From NCBI RefSeq assembly GCF_023055435.1, contig NW_025964334.1, forward strand, positions 49,352,001 through 49,416,000: 64,000 nucleotides of DNA, read 5' to 3'. Source of the stretch: Haliotis rufescens (taxonomy: Eukaryota). This document shows positions 1 to 11,900 of this stretch, in pieces. The notes beneath the pieces are model-generated. The model made no database searches and had not been told where the DNA came from. It worked only from the letters and a program-made list of their open reading frames with translations. The position numbers and the translations under genes are program-made. How positions within the stretch are numbered: the stretch's first letter is position 1; each line of letters opens with the position of its first letter.

Positions 1-321
1 TAGATTTAAGTAAACTATCTGTCTGTTTGTCTGCCAAAATTACAGCTTAAAGTGGTCAAGTGCACAGTCAATCCCATGCCACTTCTACTCAGTGAATATA
101 ATGTTTGAATGTATTTTTTTTATCTTAACCATGTTTTGTTTTTACCAGATACTAGATACACATACACAAATTAGTGTTCCGACTTCGAAATGCCTCTTAA
201 AGGCATATATGTGAGTGTCTTCCGCTTCTCTTTTGATGCCTTCTCTTGGGTTGTTCGTGTAGACGTTAACTGATGCAAATTACCATTTCTGTGTGTCACA
301 AAGTGTGATTGAATGACACGA

Positions 322-562
322 AATTACAGTAGCAAGGTAATCAATAAATTATGTTGTTACCTGTGCAATTTTCAAGCAACTCTCATAAAGTGATATTGAA
401 TTAATAGAGACAGAATTTACAGTAGCAAGGTAATCAATTAATTATGTTGTTATCTGTGCAATTTTCAAGCAACTCTCATAAAGTGATATTGAATTAATAG
501 AGACAGAATTTTCAGTAGCAAGGTATTCAATTCATTATGTTATTATTTGTGCAGTTTGCAAG
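322..562. repeat. 93-bp tandem repeat, about 2.5 copies
   Basis: cagtagcaaggt recurs at 327, 420 and 513. Confidence 0.85.
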
Positions 563-1395
563 TACCTCTCATCATAAAAGGAAACAGAAACCGGAATTAG
601 AAATGATCAAAATGTTCATGAGGACGTTCAATGAGGACTAACATGACAAATGAATTAAAGTATGATTCAAGTTAGGATTTAACCACTATGCTGACGTGAA
701 AACAAAGTACATTCTTCATAATACATTTCCCGACATGGACTTTTCCTCACATTGATTATAATAATGACTTATTTTACAGTTTTATTTACATTTTGACAAA
801 CTATAATACTATTAATATTATCTAAAATGTCACAGCTACACATGGATTCTATCCATCCCGACTCGTCTAACATAGAATGCATGAACTGGTTGAGTGACTT
901 CTCACAGAGAAAGAAAGATTTTTAAAATCCTGAGGACATCCTATTAAAATGGTGTTCACAAGTATTCACAGCCAATTTCCCCTAAAAATAAACTGTTGCC
1001 TTTGGTATCCCCAAGCACCAATACTTAGTATGAGCAATGGGCAATTGTAAAAATCACAAACCATAATGAGGTCAACATGGTCACATCAGGTGATGGTTAA
1101 GATCACAAGTCCCATCTTCAGTCAAGACAACATGGAATTATGTATTCATTTCCAATATCCGGTTATAATTAGTGTCATGTGACATTGGTTAGTCTGTCAT
1201 GTGAAATGTATTATGTGGTTAGTCTGTGATACCACGACAGATTGACTTTGATGATATGGTGGAGTCAGGTTTGTGTATTGAATATTTTTTATGGTAACAC
1301 GGCTATTAGTGTCTTATAGGGCCTAGTCGGACAGTTTTATTGTGATATGCTGTCTATTTTAACATGTATACACCGCTGGACACATGAATAAAATT

Positions 1396-1558
1396 CTCTA
1401 CTCCTTTTCTTCTTCTTCCTCCACTTCTTCCTCTACTTCGTCTTCTCCTTCTACGTTCTTCTATTTCTTCTCTTTTTCGTCTTCTTCCACTTATTCTACT
1501 TCTTCTTCTTCTACCTTACTCTTCTTTTTTCTTTTTCTTCTTCTTCTACTTCTTCTAT
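1396..1558. repeat. Degenerate (TTC)n low-complexity tract
   Basis: Pyrimidine-rich ttc/tac triplets. Confidence 0.85.
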
Positions 1559-2210
1559 GTTAAAAAAACGCATTCTGAAAAGATATCCAGAGTCCACCAC
1601 CAAGCTCCCTCTTACCCATTCCTAAAAAAAGTAGAAACTTCAAAGTCACACACTATCGTCCCGAGACACCCATTTGCCCCTCAATATGATGGTATTTTAT
1701 ATTTGGTTATTACTTCTAAGTGAATTATTGATCTGCGCCCCTTATGTACTATTAAGTGTTTATTACCAACAGCCATTGTTGGTAGCCCAGAAAAAAATAG
1801 ACAAATGCATTTCCCTGATTGTGATCGCGTATCTCACAAAATACATATTTACAATGAACTTGATCGATTAAGAAAACGAAATATTGCACTTAACTTAAGT
1901 GGTGTATGATTGTGTACCTCTCCTGATCATGATGATAAGCAGGAATTTCTAAATATTATTTCAAATGTCATAGAAATGATATTTTGTAATTTAAGTTGGC
2001 ATTGGTCTCTGTTAATGGTTGGCATTTTTTATATTCAATATTTTTTCGCAGTTTCTTTTTTATCCAGTGATTGATGTTTGTATGGAGAAATTTGGTTCGT
2101 TGCCAGCAAATATCGTAGTCAGGATGGTCATAATATTGTAAATTTTGTACATTAACCAACGTTTTGTATATATACAAAAATGAGGTAAATGTTCACTCGG
2201 TGTACATGTA

Positions 2211-2362
2211 ATATATAATAAAATAATAAAGTCCACGTTAGTCCATCATCTTCTTTATATCAGTTTCATACATAGTACTTTTGCTGTCTCATGAGACAGC
2301 GAAAGTACTATGTATGAAACTGATATAAAGAAGATGATGGACTAACGTGGACTTTATTATTT

Positions 2363-2372
<10 letters not shown>
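2211..2372. mobile_element. 162-bp near-perfect palindrome (MITE-like fold-back)
   Basis: Spacerless inverted repeat centred on ctcATgag (2291/2292) with one mismatch; TA-rich ends run into (TA)n at 2366-2428. Confidence 0.8.
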
Positions 2373-2428
<56 letters not shown>

Positions 2429-2432
<4 letters not shown>

Positions 2433-3898
2433 AAACGTCCCCATGGATAGATATATGAGAAACCTCATTTGTCCAAACACTGTAAACACTGGAGACATAT
2501 TGAAAAGATGAAACTTAGCAAAACTGATCATCAAGGTTGTAATTAAAGTGTCTAATGTTCTTCAAGGGAACACAACACTAGTCTCTGAGAAAATGGCATC
2601 ACAAGTCAGTTTCTCGTGTGTCCGCCATGTGCATTGATGACTGCCGTGCAACGTCGATACATGGAATGGACGAGGCGGTTGATGAAGGCCACAGGCAATT
2701 GACCCCACACTCTGAGGAACGCCTGACGCAGTTGTCGACCTTTGAACCGCCTTTGAACCTCGTCCCACAGGTGCTCAATGGGATTTAAATCGGAACTGAG
2801 GGCAGGCCACTGCATGGTTCTGATGCCATTCTGCTGGAGGAAGTCTCTTGTTGCTCTCGCAGTGTGGGCACGGACGTTATCACGCTGAAACTCGTGGTTG
2901 CGGCGACGTGCCAAATGAGGTATGGCGTGTGGTCTCAAGACTTGATCAATGTACCGAGCTGCTGTGACACCATTGCCTCTACCTGGACCGATGTTCTGGA
3001 AGACCACAGGGCCGACCCTCTGTGCAAGACCAATTCCACCCCACACCATGATGCTCGGACCACCCCACAAGCATCCGAATAATGTTCCCTACGGCGTCTC
3101 CAGACTCTCTCTCTGCCATATGCTGTTAAGATACAGTAACGGCTCTCGTCCGAGAAGAGGACTCTTCTCCACTGCTGGTGGCGCCAATGCTGGTGCTGTG
3201 TTGCCCACTGAAGACGGTCCCGGTAATGACGTGGTGTCAGAATGGGTGCTCGGTGTGGCCTGTGGCAGTGGAAGTGTCGTAGACGCACGGTTTCCGCACT
3301 TATGTGTCCCTGGTGTGTCCCCATGGTCTGTCGAGCAGTTTCCGCAGCAGTAACAAAGCGATCTTGAAGATGCTGTCGCACAATCTGACGATCCTGACGT
3401 CGGGTGGTGACCCTTGGTATTCCACCTCGCGATCGGTCATCTGTAGTGTTGGTGGTCTGGTACTGTTGCTTGAGCCTGTTTATGGTCCTTACGTGGACTT
3501 GAAATGCATTGGATACTTGCCGGGCGGTTTGTCCAGCTTGCAATCGTCCAAGGGCTTGGTGTCGCTGATTTCTTGTCAATCTTGGCATGTGGTAGCAATT
3601 CAATAACGAATGAATGTTATCCGATCTGGGTGGATTTTGATAGGGCAAGAAATTGGAGAACCCATGTGCATTTCAATTTGCACGGAACTCACGTGCATCG
3701 GGTTACCTTGGCTGTTGCCGTGATGCGTTTGGGCGATCTGTTTTATTGTCATCTGCTTTGTTTTTTAACATCAAATTTCATTTTTCCGTACAAGGATATG
3801 TTAAATTTTAGAAATTTTGAAAAAAATTACCCATATATTTAAATTTTCATGCAATTTTACTTGGGATGACGATATGACGATTCCTTTGCGGTTCAGTG
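2429..3898 (-). mobile_element. Tc1-family DNA transposon, decayed
   Basis: Contains a DD34E transposase pseudogene. The right end is ...gttcagtg|TA; the left terminus is partly lost into (TA)n. Confidence 0.9.
2606..3588 (-). pseudogene. Tc1-like transposase, frameshifted
   Basis: MPRLTRNQR..HTH..VLFSDESRY in one frame; after a frameshift near 3070, IMVWGG..FQRDNVRAH..WPALSSDLNPIEHLW, with 34 residues between the second D and E. Confidence 0.92.
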
Positions 3899-4038
3899 TA
3901 TATACATACTTCCTGTGCGTTTTTATTTTGAAGAGTATATATATATACTAACTAACTCAATACGGGTCATCTGATGAAGGCATCCAGAAAGTGGTTGTTA
4001 TTCATAAACAAGTGTCACATATTCATCATCTATCATGT

Positions 4039-4209
4039 GGGGCGGTCGGGTAGCCTAGTGGTTAAAGCGTTAGCTCGTCACGCCGAAGACCCGGGTTCGA
4101 TTCCCGACATGGGTACAATGTGTGAAGCCCATTTCTGGTGTCCCCCACCGTGATATTGCTGGAATTTTGCTAAAAGCGGCGTAAAACCACTCTCACTCAC
4201 TCACTCACT
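4039..4209 (+). mobile_element. tRNA-derived SINE family A, full-length
   Basis: A box tagcctagtgg, B box ggttcgattcc, tail gctggaat..aaagcggcgtaaaac-(cact)n; approximately 12-bp TSD catct(a/g)tcatgt. Confidence 0.88.
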
Positions 4210-4524
4210 CATCTGTCATGTCTCGTTTCGACTGTACGCGCCGGAAGTGGAGAGTTGTCGCTTTTGCCTTCGGGGCTTCTAATAGACCCCAAGGACTCCC
4301 TATAAATACACTTTATATATCTAAAGTGAAGAAAGAGTTACCTGACAATGTGCTTCTAACAATCTCAGGACTGCCTCCTCGGTCTAGTGGTAGAGCGTTC
4401 GCCCTGAGAGCGAAAGGTCCGGGTCTCAACCCATTTCACCTCACCTACAATCTCAGTTTGATAAATAAAAACATGATCACAGTTATTCTTGCCTTTGGAT
4501 ATATACACTTCCCTGTTATAGCAC

Positions 4525-4634
4525 TGGCCCCACTTGCACAAAGCGATCTTGGCGCTACGACTATTGCAAGCCTATGTTAAAGAATGGCACTTACGATCAT
4601 CTTAGTGCAAAGATCGCTTTGTGCAAATGGGCCC
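4525..4634. mobile_element. Short MITE, PIF/Harbinger-like
   Basis: TIR ggccc.acttgcacaaagcgatctt / aagatcgctttgtgcaaatgggcc; related pieces at 9767-9850 and 25120-25690. Confidence 0.7.
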
Positions 4635-5544
4635 TGGAGTGTGCAGTCAGTCAGAAATTGCCTGCCCCCAGAATTACATTCTAGCAAGGTGTTTTTCTTA
4701 AAACAAACCAGGCTCATAATTTTAAATAGAAAAATACACCTGGTTCTGTAGCTGTGTCTGAAAAGGATATCTAATCTCGATACGAAATATCGTATCGTCA
4801 TAGTGATACTGATGGCGACGATAATATTAATAATAGGGATGACAGCGACGACGGCGACGATAATATTTGTAATAGTGACGATGACGACAATAACCAAAGA
4901 CTTTCAAATGAAGCGTTACTTGTTATATTACTCAAGCGTTATTTAAGATTAACATATACATTTCAGGTTTTAACCAAATATCTGGTAGCAATATTGCTAA
5001 AAGCGGCGTGACTCGCTCACTCACTCACTCACTCACTCACTCTATTCTCGCACACAGCTACATGTCACCATTTACCATAATGACTTGTAATGCGTTATAT
5101 CAATGCTGACCTTTGCCAGATGCCACGTCTGTACATTAAGAACAGTGGTACAATGAGGGTAACTGACCGTGGCGTCTCTAATTACGAGTAACGCATGTGT
5201 GTATTACAATATTTGGACTATTTCAAGGCTCATAGATTCTTGTCACGTTCGCAAATACTACGTGTGGTCTTTTTCATGGCTGGTGCTGTTTAAATATATT
5301 TTCAAATTACTATTTACTTGTCATGTGGCATGATGAACAGGCTTCCAAGTCTTTGATGCGGGTACTTAAACTACCCGTGTGGCGTATGCACATATAAATG
5401 TAACCCTATATAGGTATCATGCTAGAGTTGCCTACTGTAACATTAAACTGGATATATAGATTTTTTGTGTGTGTTTGTTCAGATTGGATAATAAATGACA
5501 AATGGGTTGATTAATTAAATAATGAGGGCATTATTAACATGTTT

Positions 5545-5688
5545 ATGAGTGAGTATGGCAATATTCCAGCAATATCACGGCGGGGTACACCAGAAATGGG
5601 CTTCACACATTGCACCCATGAAGGAAATCGAACCCGGGTCTTCAGCGTGACGAGCGAACGCTTTAACCACTTGGCTACCAACCGCCCA
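5545..5688 (-). mobile_element. SINE family A
   Basis: Reverse complement of the 4039 element. Confidence 0.85.
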
Positions 5689-5916
5689 CATTTTCATATA
5701 CTTATGCACATAACGATACTTAAGAACTGCTTTTCACTTTGTGTGAGTTCATTGGAGTATGAACCTTCATAGAGTGAGGGTCAAACTGTATGAACGTCGG
5801 AGCTTGCGTTCAATATTCGGCCCTCACTTTGTACGTGATTCTTACTTCTTCTTGTGATTGAACGTATGCATGTATTGTTGTCCTTCATTTAGAACTATTA
5901 TATAAAACTATTCTCC

Positions 5917-6340
5917 ACAAGACTGCACGACAAGAGGGATGACTTCATCTTTCCAATAGTCAACTTTCCCTTTCCCCTTTATGTCGTCTACATTTAACAA
6001 CTTTTGGGTACAACGAATATATCAAAGAGCGTCATGACCCTTGCTGAAAAGTTGTATGATCAGGGTTGAAATATTCAAGGCCTTAGTTCATTATCTATTT
6101 TGACTTGTACCTTATGTTTCCGTGTTTTTCTCAGGTAAAAAAATATATATGTACCTTTGCATATTTTTAAGACGGGTGCCAAGGTTGGGACAGGATACGT
6201 TCACCTTTTCGCAAACATCTTGTATCATCACTATTTGAAAGTGTTTTTTAAACTCATGCTTGTGATATAGTCGGAACTGCACAAAGGGTTCTGCTTTTAG
6301 TTGATATTTCTTATGATTATGGAAATGGTTTTGTCACTTT
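5917..6340 (+). mobile_element. Penelope-like retroelement remnant (RT C-terminus plus 3' structured motif)
   Basis: TRLHDKRDDFIFPIVNFPF (5917-5973) and TLAEKLYDQG match the YDKRDDFxFxIVNFP...KLLxQG signature I recall from Penelope-like RTs. The dispersed motif follows at 6172-6225. Confidence 0.7.
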
Positions 6341-6930
6341 TATTATGTTTATGGAAATAGGTTTGTCACTTTTATAATGCTTATGGAAATGGGTTTGTCA
6401 CTTTTATAATGCTTATGGAAATGGTTTTGTAACTTTTATAATGCTTATGGATATGGGGTTGTCACTTTCATTATGTTTATGGAAATAGGTTTGTCACTTT
6501 TATAATGCTTATGAAAAAAAGTTTGTCACTTTTATTATGTTTATGGAAATAGGTTTGTCACTCTTATAATAATTATGAAATGGGTTTGTCACTCTTATAA
6601 TAATTATGAAATGGGTTTGTCACTTTAATAAGTCACTTTTATAATGCTTATGGAAATAGGTTTGTCACTTTTATTATGCTTATGGATATGGGGTTGTCAC
6701 TTGTGCAATGATTATGGAAATCGGTTTGTTACTTTTATGATGCTTATGGAAATGGGTTTGTCACTTGTATAATGATTATGGAAATGGGTTTGTCACTTTT
6801 ATTATGCTTATGGATATGGGGTTGTCACTTGTGCAATGATTATGGAAATCGGTTTGTTACTTTTATAATGCTTATGGAAATGGGTTTGTCACTTGTATAA
6901 TGATTATGGACATGGGTTTGTCACTTTTAC
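6311..6930. repeat. 32-bp minisatellite, about 19 copies
   Basis: Unit ttatggaaatgggtttgtcacttttataatgc. Confidence 0.92.
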
Positions 6931-8673
6931 TTATGTCTCAGCATGTGTTTTTTGTTGTTGTCGTTTTAAAGTTTTTTTCAAAATGTTATATATCTGCATG
7001 GTAGTATCTTGTAATTTCTTGTTGCTGTTGTTGTCCTGTATATATCCATGCTTGCTTTTTTACACGAAATTCAGTTTCTGTTTGGAAGTGTGTATATATT
7101 CATAGTCACAGACTACAGATAAATTAGTCCCATTATCAGTGTTTATGCTGAAATTGCCCTACTTGGAAAAACAAAAAACGTCAGAATCAGGTATACAACC
7201 CAAACTCACTCCAATCCAAAATACGGATGTACACGGTTTCAAGCTAACTGACACAGTTCAATCATACCCAGGATACCATTTTAATTCCAAATCACCCCAC
7301 CTGTTTCATAATCCCAAACAAGGCGTAAAATCCAATATTCCCGTCACCAGAACACAGTTCTGTCACACAACAGGAAACAAAACAAAACGTTTTATTGACG
7401 AAGTTAATTGACCATCATCGGAGCTCTGTAGAAATCTAGCATGCACTCTTGTCATCCACGACACCGTCCACGGGCGTTATTACGCGTAATTACACACAGT
7501 TCTGTCGTGATTGGTGCCTGGGGGGATGACAAGTGGACTATGCGTCAAATAACCACGGGACAATGGACGCTACTTGTGTAGACTTGATACTCTTAAACTT
7601 GGTTTATAGCCGATATACGTTTCTGTGGTCGGTAATAACATGGGAATAACGTTACACATTAGCATTGCATTCGCGACATAACTGCCGTTGTTTAAAATGT
7701 TTCTTAAGCTGTATTTATTTTTGTGTTTTTCGTTTATCTTAATGGATTATTAACCGACTTTATTGTAACATGGTGAGTTTTAAGATACAATTGAATAATT
7801 TTCTTTTGAAGAAGAAATTTATTTTTTATGAAAAAACCCAAAACACATTTGTTTTATAACAAGTGTGAATGAGGTTTTTTTCGCAGCTTTTAGCAGTATT
7901 ACAACACTATTACAATTAGTGACACCAAGAATGGGACTATATTGTAATTATGCTGGGAAACGGACCCGTGCTTTTTTGGGGACAAACGCTGTAGACCACA
8001 CCACTTTCAGTGAGAAGAGAATACCACATTTGACTAAACATCCAGTTCCCACAAGACGAGTTTTTTTTAATAATGATGCTGATAAATCGCTAGTCACATC
8101 TAAATTTTTATATTATGGAATCAAACTCGAATTGTCAACTTATTCAATAGAAAATAACTGGGATGATATTCAATAGGGAGGCGTTTACAGGAAGCGTTTA
8201 AAGGTATCTAGCACAGGTATGCGTCTGTATCTACCCGCCTATGAGTACTGAGAGAAATCAATACCATCCTCGACGCCTGTTAGTAACGCGCATACTCACC
8301 TGAGCCGATGAGTTGTCAGACGCTAAACAAGAGACTAAAACTTGCCGTTGGGAAGCTGTTGTGACATTACTCGTGTGTACCTGTGTTGTTTCTCAGAGTC
8401 AGCCATGGGCTCAATGACAACCGCAACAGTATTGACACAGCTCCATTGCAGCTGAAGTCAACGTTGGCATCTGTGGAGTGATCTGAGAGATAAGTACATT
8501 TCTTCCTAGTGTAACATAGACACACGTTTAGCCTTGGACATCGTGGACGTATTAAGGTGTAAATTAGCATTGGATACATACAAAAGAGCAACACCCCGAG
8601 GCACTTTGAACTAACCAGATATTGTGTGAAACTTGGTCCAAAATGTACCAACAAATTCAAAGACTACGGACAC

Positions 8674-8935
8674 ATGTGTGAACTTACGATGCATGCATGT
8701 TTCCTGTTGTGTGTAGTGCTAGGGCATGGCGTGTGGGGGGTGGGGAATGTGACGGAGTACAAAGTGGGGGTGATGCTGATCTCGGGGAGCGATGTCCCTT
8801 ACAGCTTCGAGAGGACAGGCCCCGCCATCAAGCTGGCGTTTCAGAAGGTGAACAGGGAGATTCTCAACTCCAGCTACCAGCTGGTCCCTGTGGAAAGACC
8901 CTACGATGACATCTGCAGCGCTCGGAACGCAACAG
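8674..8935 (+). CDS. rGC exon 1 (signal peptide and ECD start)
   Basis: [22 protein letters not shown]...[16 protein letters not shown]...CSARNAT G|gtaaa. The start could alternatively be ATG 8689. Confidence 0.88.
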
Positions 8936-11900
8936 GTAAACCCTAAAAAACGTGGGCTTTCATTCAGTAGGTGAATGGTAGGTGATATATATCTATGTGA
9001 AATATTGCATGATTCTACATTCAATATAGGATGTACATACTGTTACCATGTAGAGATTCAAACCAATCGTTTCTCCCCATGTCCTTGATTTTGTAAAAAG
9101 GTCAACATAGCGTTAAACGACATCCCGTTATATTTCCCCGTGTAGTATGAGTGAGAGTGGTTTTACACCGCTTTTAGCAATATTCCAGAATATCATGGTG
9201 GGGACACAAAAAATGGGCGTCACACATTGTAAACACAAGCAACAAAACCTTTTCCATATTCCTAAGAAATTTGACCTATTAAATTTCCTTTAACTCATCT
9301 TTGATATGCAAATCCTTTACACTTTATGTTGGTTTCAGGACATTCCCAATGCTTTTTAATATAAAGCAACAAAATAGTTTGTGTAATATCAAGCTTTTTT
9401 TCTTTTAAGACTTTAGTATTACATGTGTTTTGAACAGACCTATTATTGTAGATGTTTAAGAAAAATCGCAGCCCAACATTAATCTAATATGTTTCTAAAA
9501 CACGTAATACGTGAAATGATAGCAGCTTGAAAATGATTTTTTTAAATCATGATTATATAATTAATAGTAAAAAAAAGAAGCAGAAGTATTTGGGTAAATG
9601 TACCTATATATTTAAAAATCTGAACAATATTTTCAAATATATAAGCAGTTTCACGAAAATGTCATGTCGTCACAGCTGTGGGGCTGGGAAGTACGGAACA
9701 CCTGTATAGAGATGTCTGCGTAGATGAAAACAGGACGCTTTGCCAGTTGAGGGGTGTTTCAATACAGGGTCCCGTTCCACAAAGCGATCTCAGAATTACC
9801 AGTGTCTTTGGTCTATGTTAAAGTATAGGCACTAAGATCGCCCTGGCGCTAAGGCGACGATACGACACACGACACTAATCTTACTAAGGAACCGCATTCA
9901 CTCAACAAATGCTGCATGGAAGCCATCCTAAACAATTCTTGATTCCTTTAAACCAAAGATTGCCTCATGCGGGTGCCATCGGTTGGGCAGGATACACTCA
10001 CTGTTCCGCGACACCTAGTATCATCAATATTTGATAATGATTCACAAACACATACTCATGCAGTGTATAAAATTCCCCAAACTTTCAGTCAGACAACCGG
10101 ACTGGCACCATTGCAAATTTCCCAGACCAGATAAAATGTTGCCAGTCCAGAATGTTCTAGACTAACGAAAAAAAGTAACAAAAGGGTTAACATAAGTATT
10201 GTTTTATTGGAAAGGGTTTTGTCGCTTTTATTTGAAGTGATATATAAATCATCAAAAATAGGTGGAGTTTAAACTTCATCTTCCTGAAAATGAATAGTAA
10301 AATGCTAGTGTCTGATGATCTGTAACGAGTTCTTATCGGATTGTATCTGTACAAGACGTCAACTTACGTGAATCATTACAGGTGCGATACGCACTAAGGT
10401 ACACTACTCGACAAACGTAACTGGCGTCATGCTCTCACTTATCAGCTGTCATCTGTGAAGCTCATGAGTCAAACATAAAGGTGTTCGGGAAAAGGTGCTT
10501 CATCAGCGGCACCCGTCACGCAAAAGTCAATTGTTCTCCTGAACTAGACTGACATTTCGTCCCAGACATCAAGTTATCTTATTTAGAATATATATCCGCA
10601 ACATAAAAAACATTAAAATCCAAATGGAGCCAAGAACAATCCTTATTTTCAGGGCTTGCTAAATCATTTTCGATTTGAAATGGACTCCATTTTTAATTTA
10701 TTCTCTCGGGACTGGGCGATAGACTACTGGGCAGACGGGTACATATGGCACAAGTCAACTAGCGAACTGCATCAGACATACGTTTTGTCCCTGATGGATA
10801 CAATTTTAGGAATATCATCCAGATGTTGTGAATAAATATTTTGAAGCTTTTACTAAGGCTTTAAATTGTAGTAATCCCGATGAAACAATTTTTGAGTGGT
10901 ATGACGCTATTTGAAATCCTTCATGTTTCTTTAAGATTGAAAGTGTACTGGTATATTTTGGGGTTAAAGACTACATACGCTTTCTCAGGATTTGATTTCG
11001 TTTTTTCGTCATATAGCTGGAATATTACTGAGTGCGGCGTTAAACAAACACACAAATTAACAAACAAACAAAGATATGTGAGGCGAAATTTTCTTTTTTA
11101 CATACATATTAAAACGTGAACAAGCCACCCCAGACTGTCCTGACATGTGGTTTGTTGTGTATAGACCATGTCTTCATAATAATGTCATTTTTCATTTTTC
11201 AATAAATTTCGATGTGATCACAGCTGTTATTGCCTTTGCGTGTGCTCGATACAAGTATCATTTAGTCGCAACGCTTATGTGATGCACTGATTGGTATTCG
11301 GCAGTAATCTCCTGCAGCATGAAATCGGTTATCACTTACCACGCCAGCACGCTAATCGTTTAGCCCTGGAGAAATGATTGCTAATCTTTATGTAAAGCGA
11401 GAAAATATCTGTTAGAAGTGTTGTTTATTGATGCTGTTTATAAACGCTCTCATCGATCTTTCAATTCTATCAACGACGATATGCGCTCCGACTTTGATTC
11501 GTTGTCTGTCAGCACCATACCCGTGCTTGAGGCTTTCCGTGCATATGTATAGGACCCGGTTACTTCCTCCCGTTATATGTAAATGCCGTCGAGTATTATG
11601 TGTGAATACCGTAGAGAGTTATGTGTGAACACCGCAGACAGTTATGTGTGAATGTCGTTGAGATCTATGTGTGAATGGCGTAGAGAGTTAAGGGTGAATA
11701 CCGCAGACAATTATGTGTGAATGCCGTAGAAAGCTTTGTGTGAATACCGTAGAGAATAACTTGTGAACACCGCAGACATTTATGTGTGAATGCCGTAGAA
11801 AGCTCTGTGTGAATACCGTAGAGAATTACTTGTGAACACCGCAGACATTTATGTGTGGATGCCGTAGAGAGATTTGTGTGAATACCGTAGAGAATTATGT

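Noticed and set aside
4039-4115. tRNA gene calls for SINE heads (also 4368-4430, 19198, 31924)
   Set aside because: They continue into shared SINE bodies with tails and TSDs, and I saw no intact acceptor stem.
8626-8673. ORF-track N-terminal extension from GTG
   Set aside because: Bacterial-style start call; the ATG at 8674 or 8689 gives a proper signal peptide.
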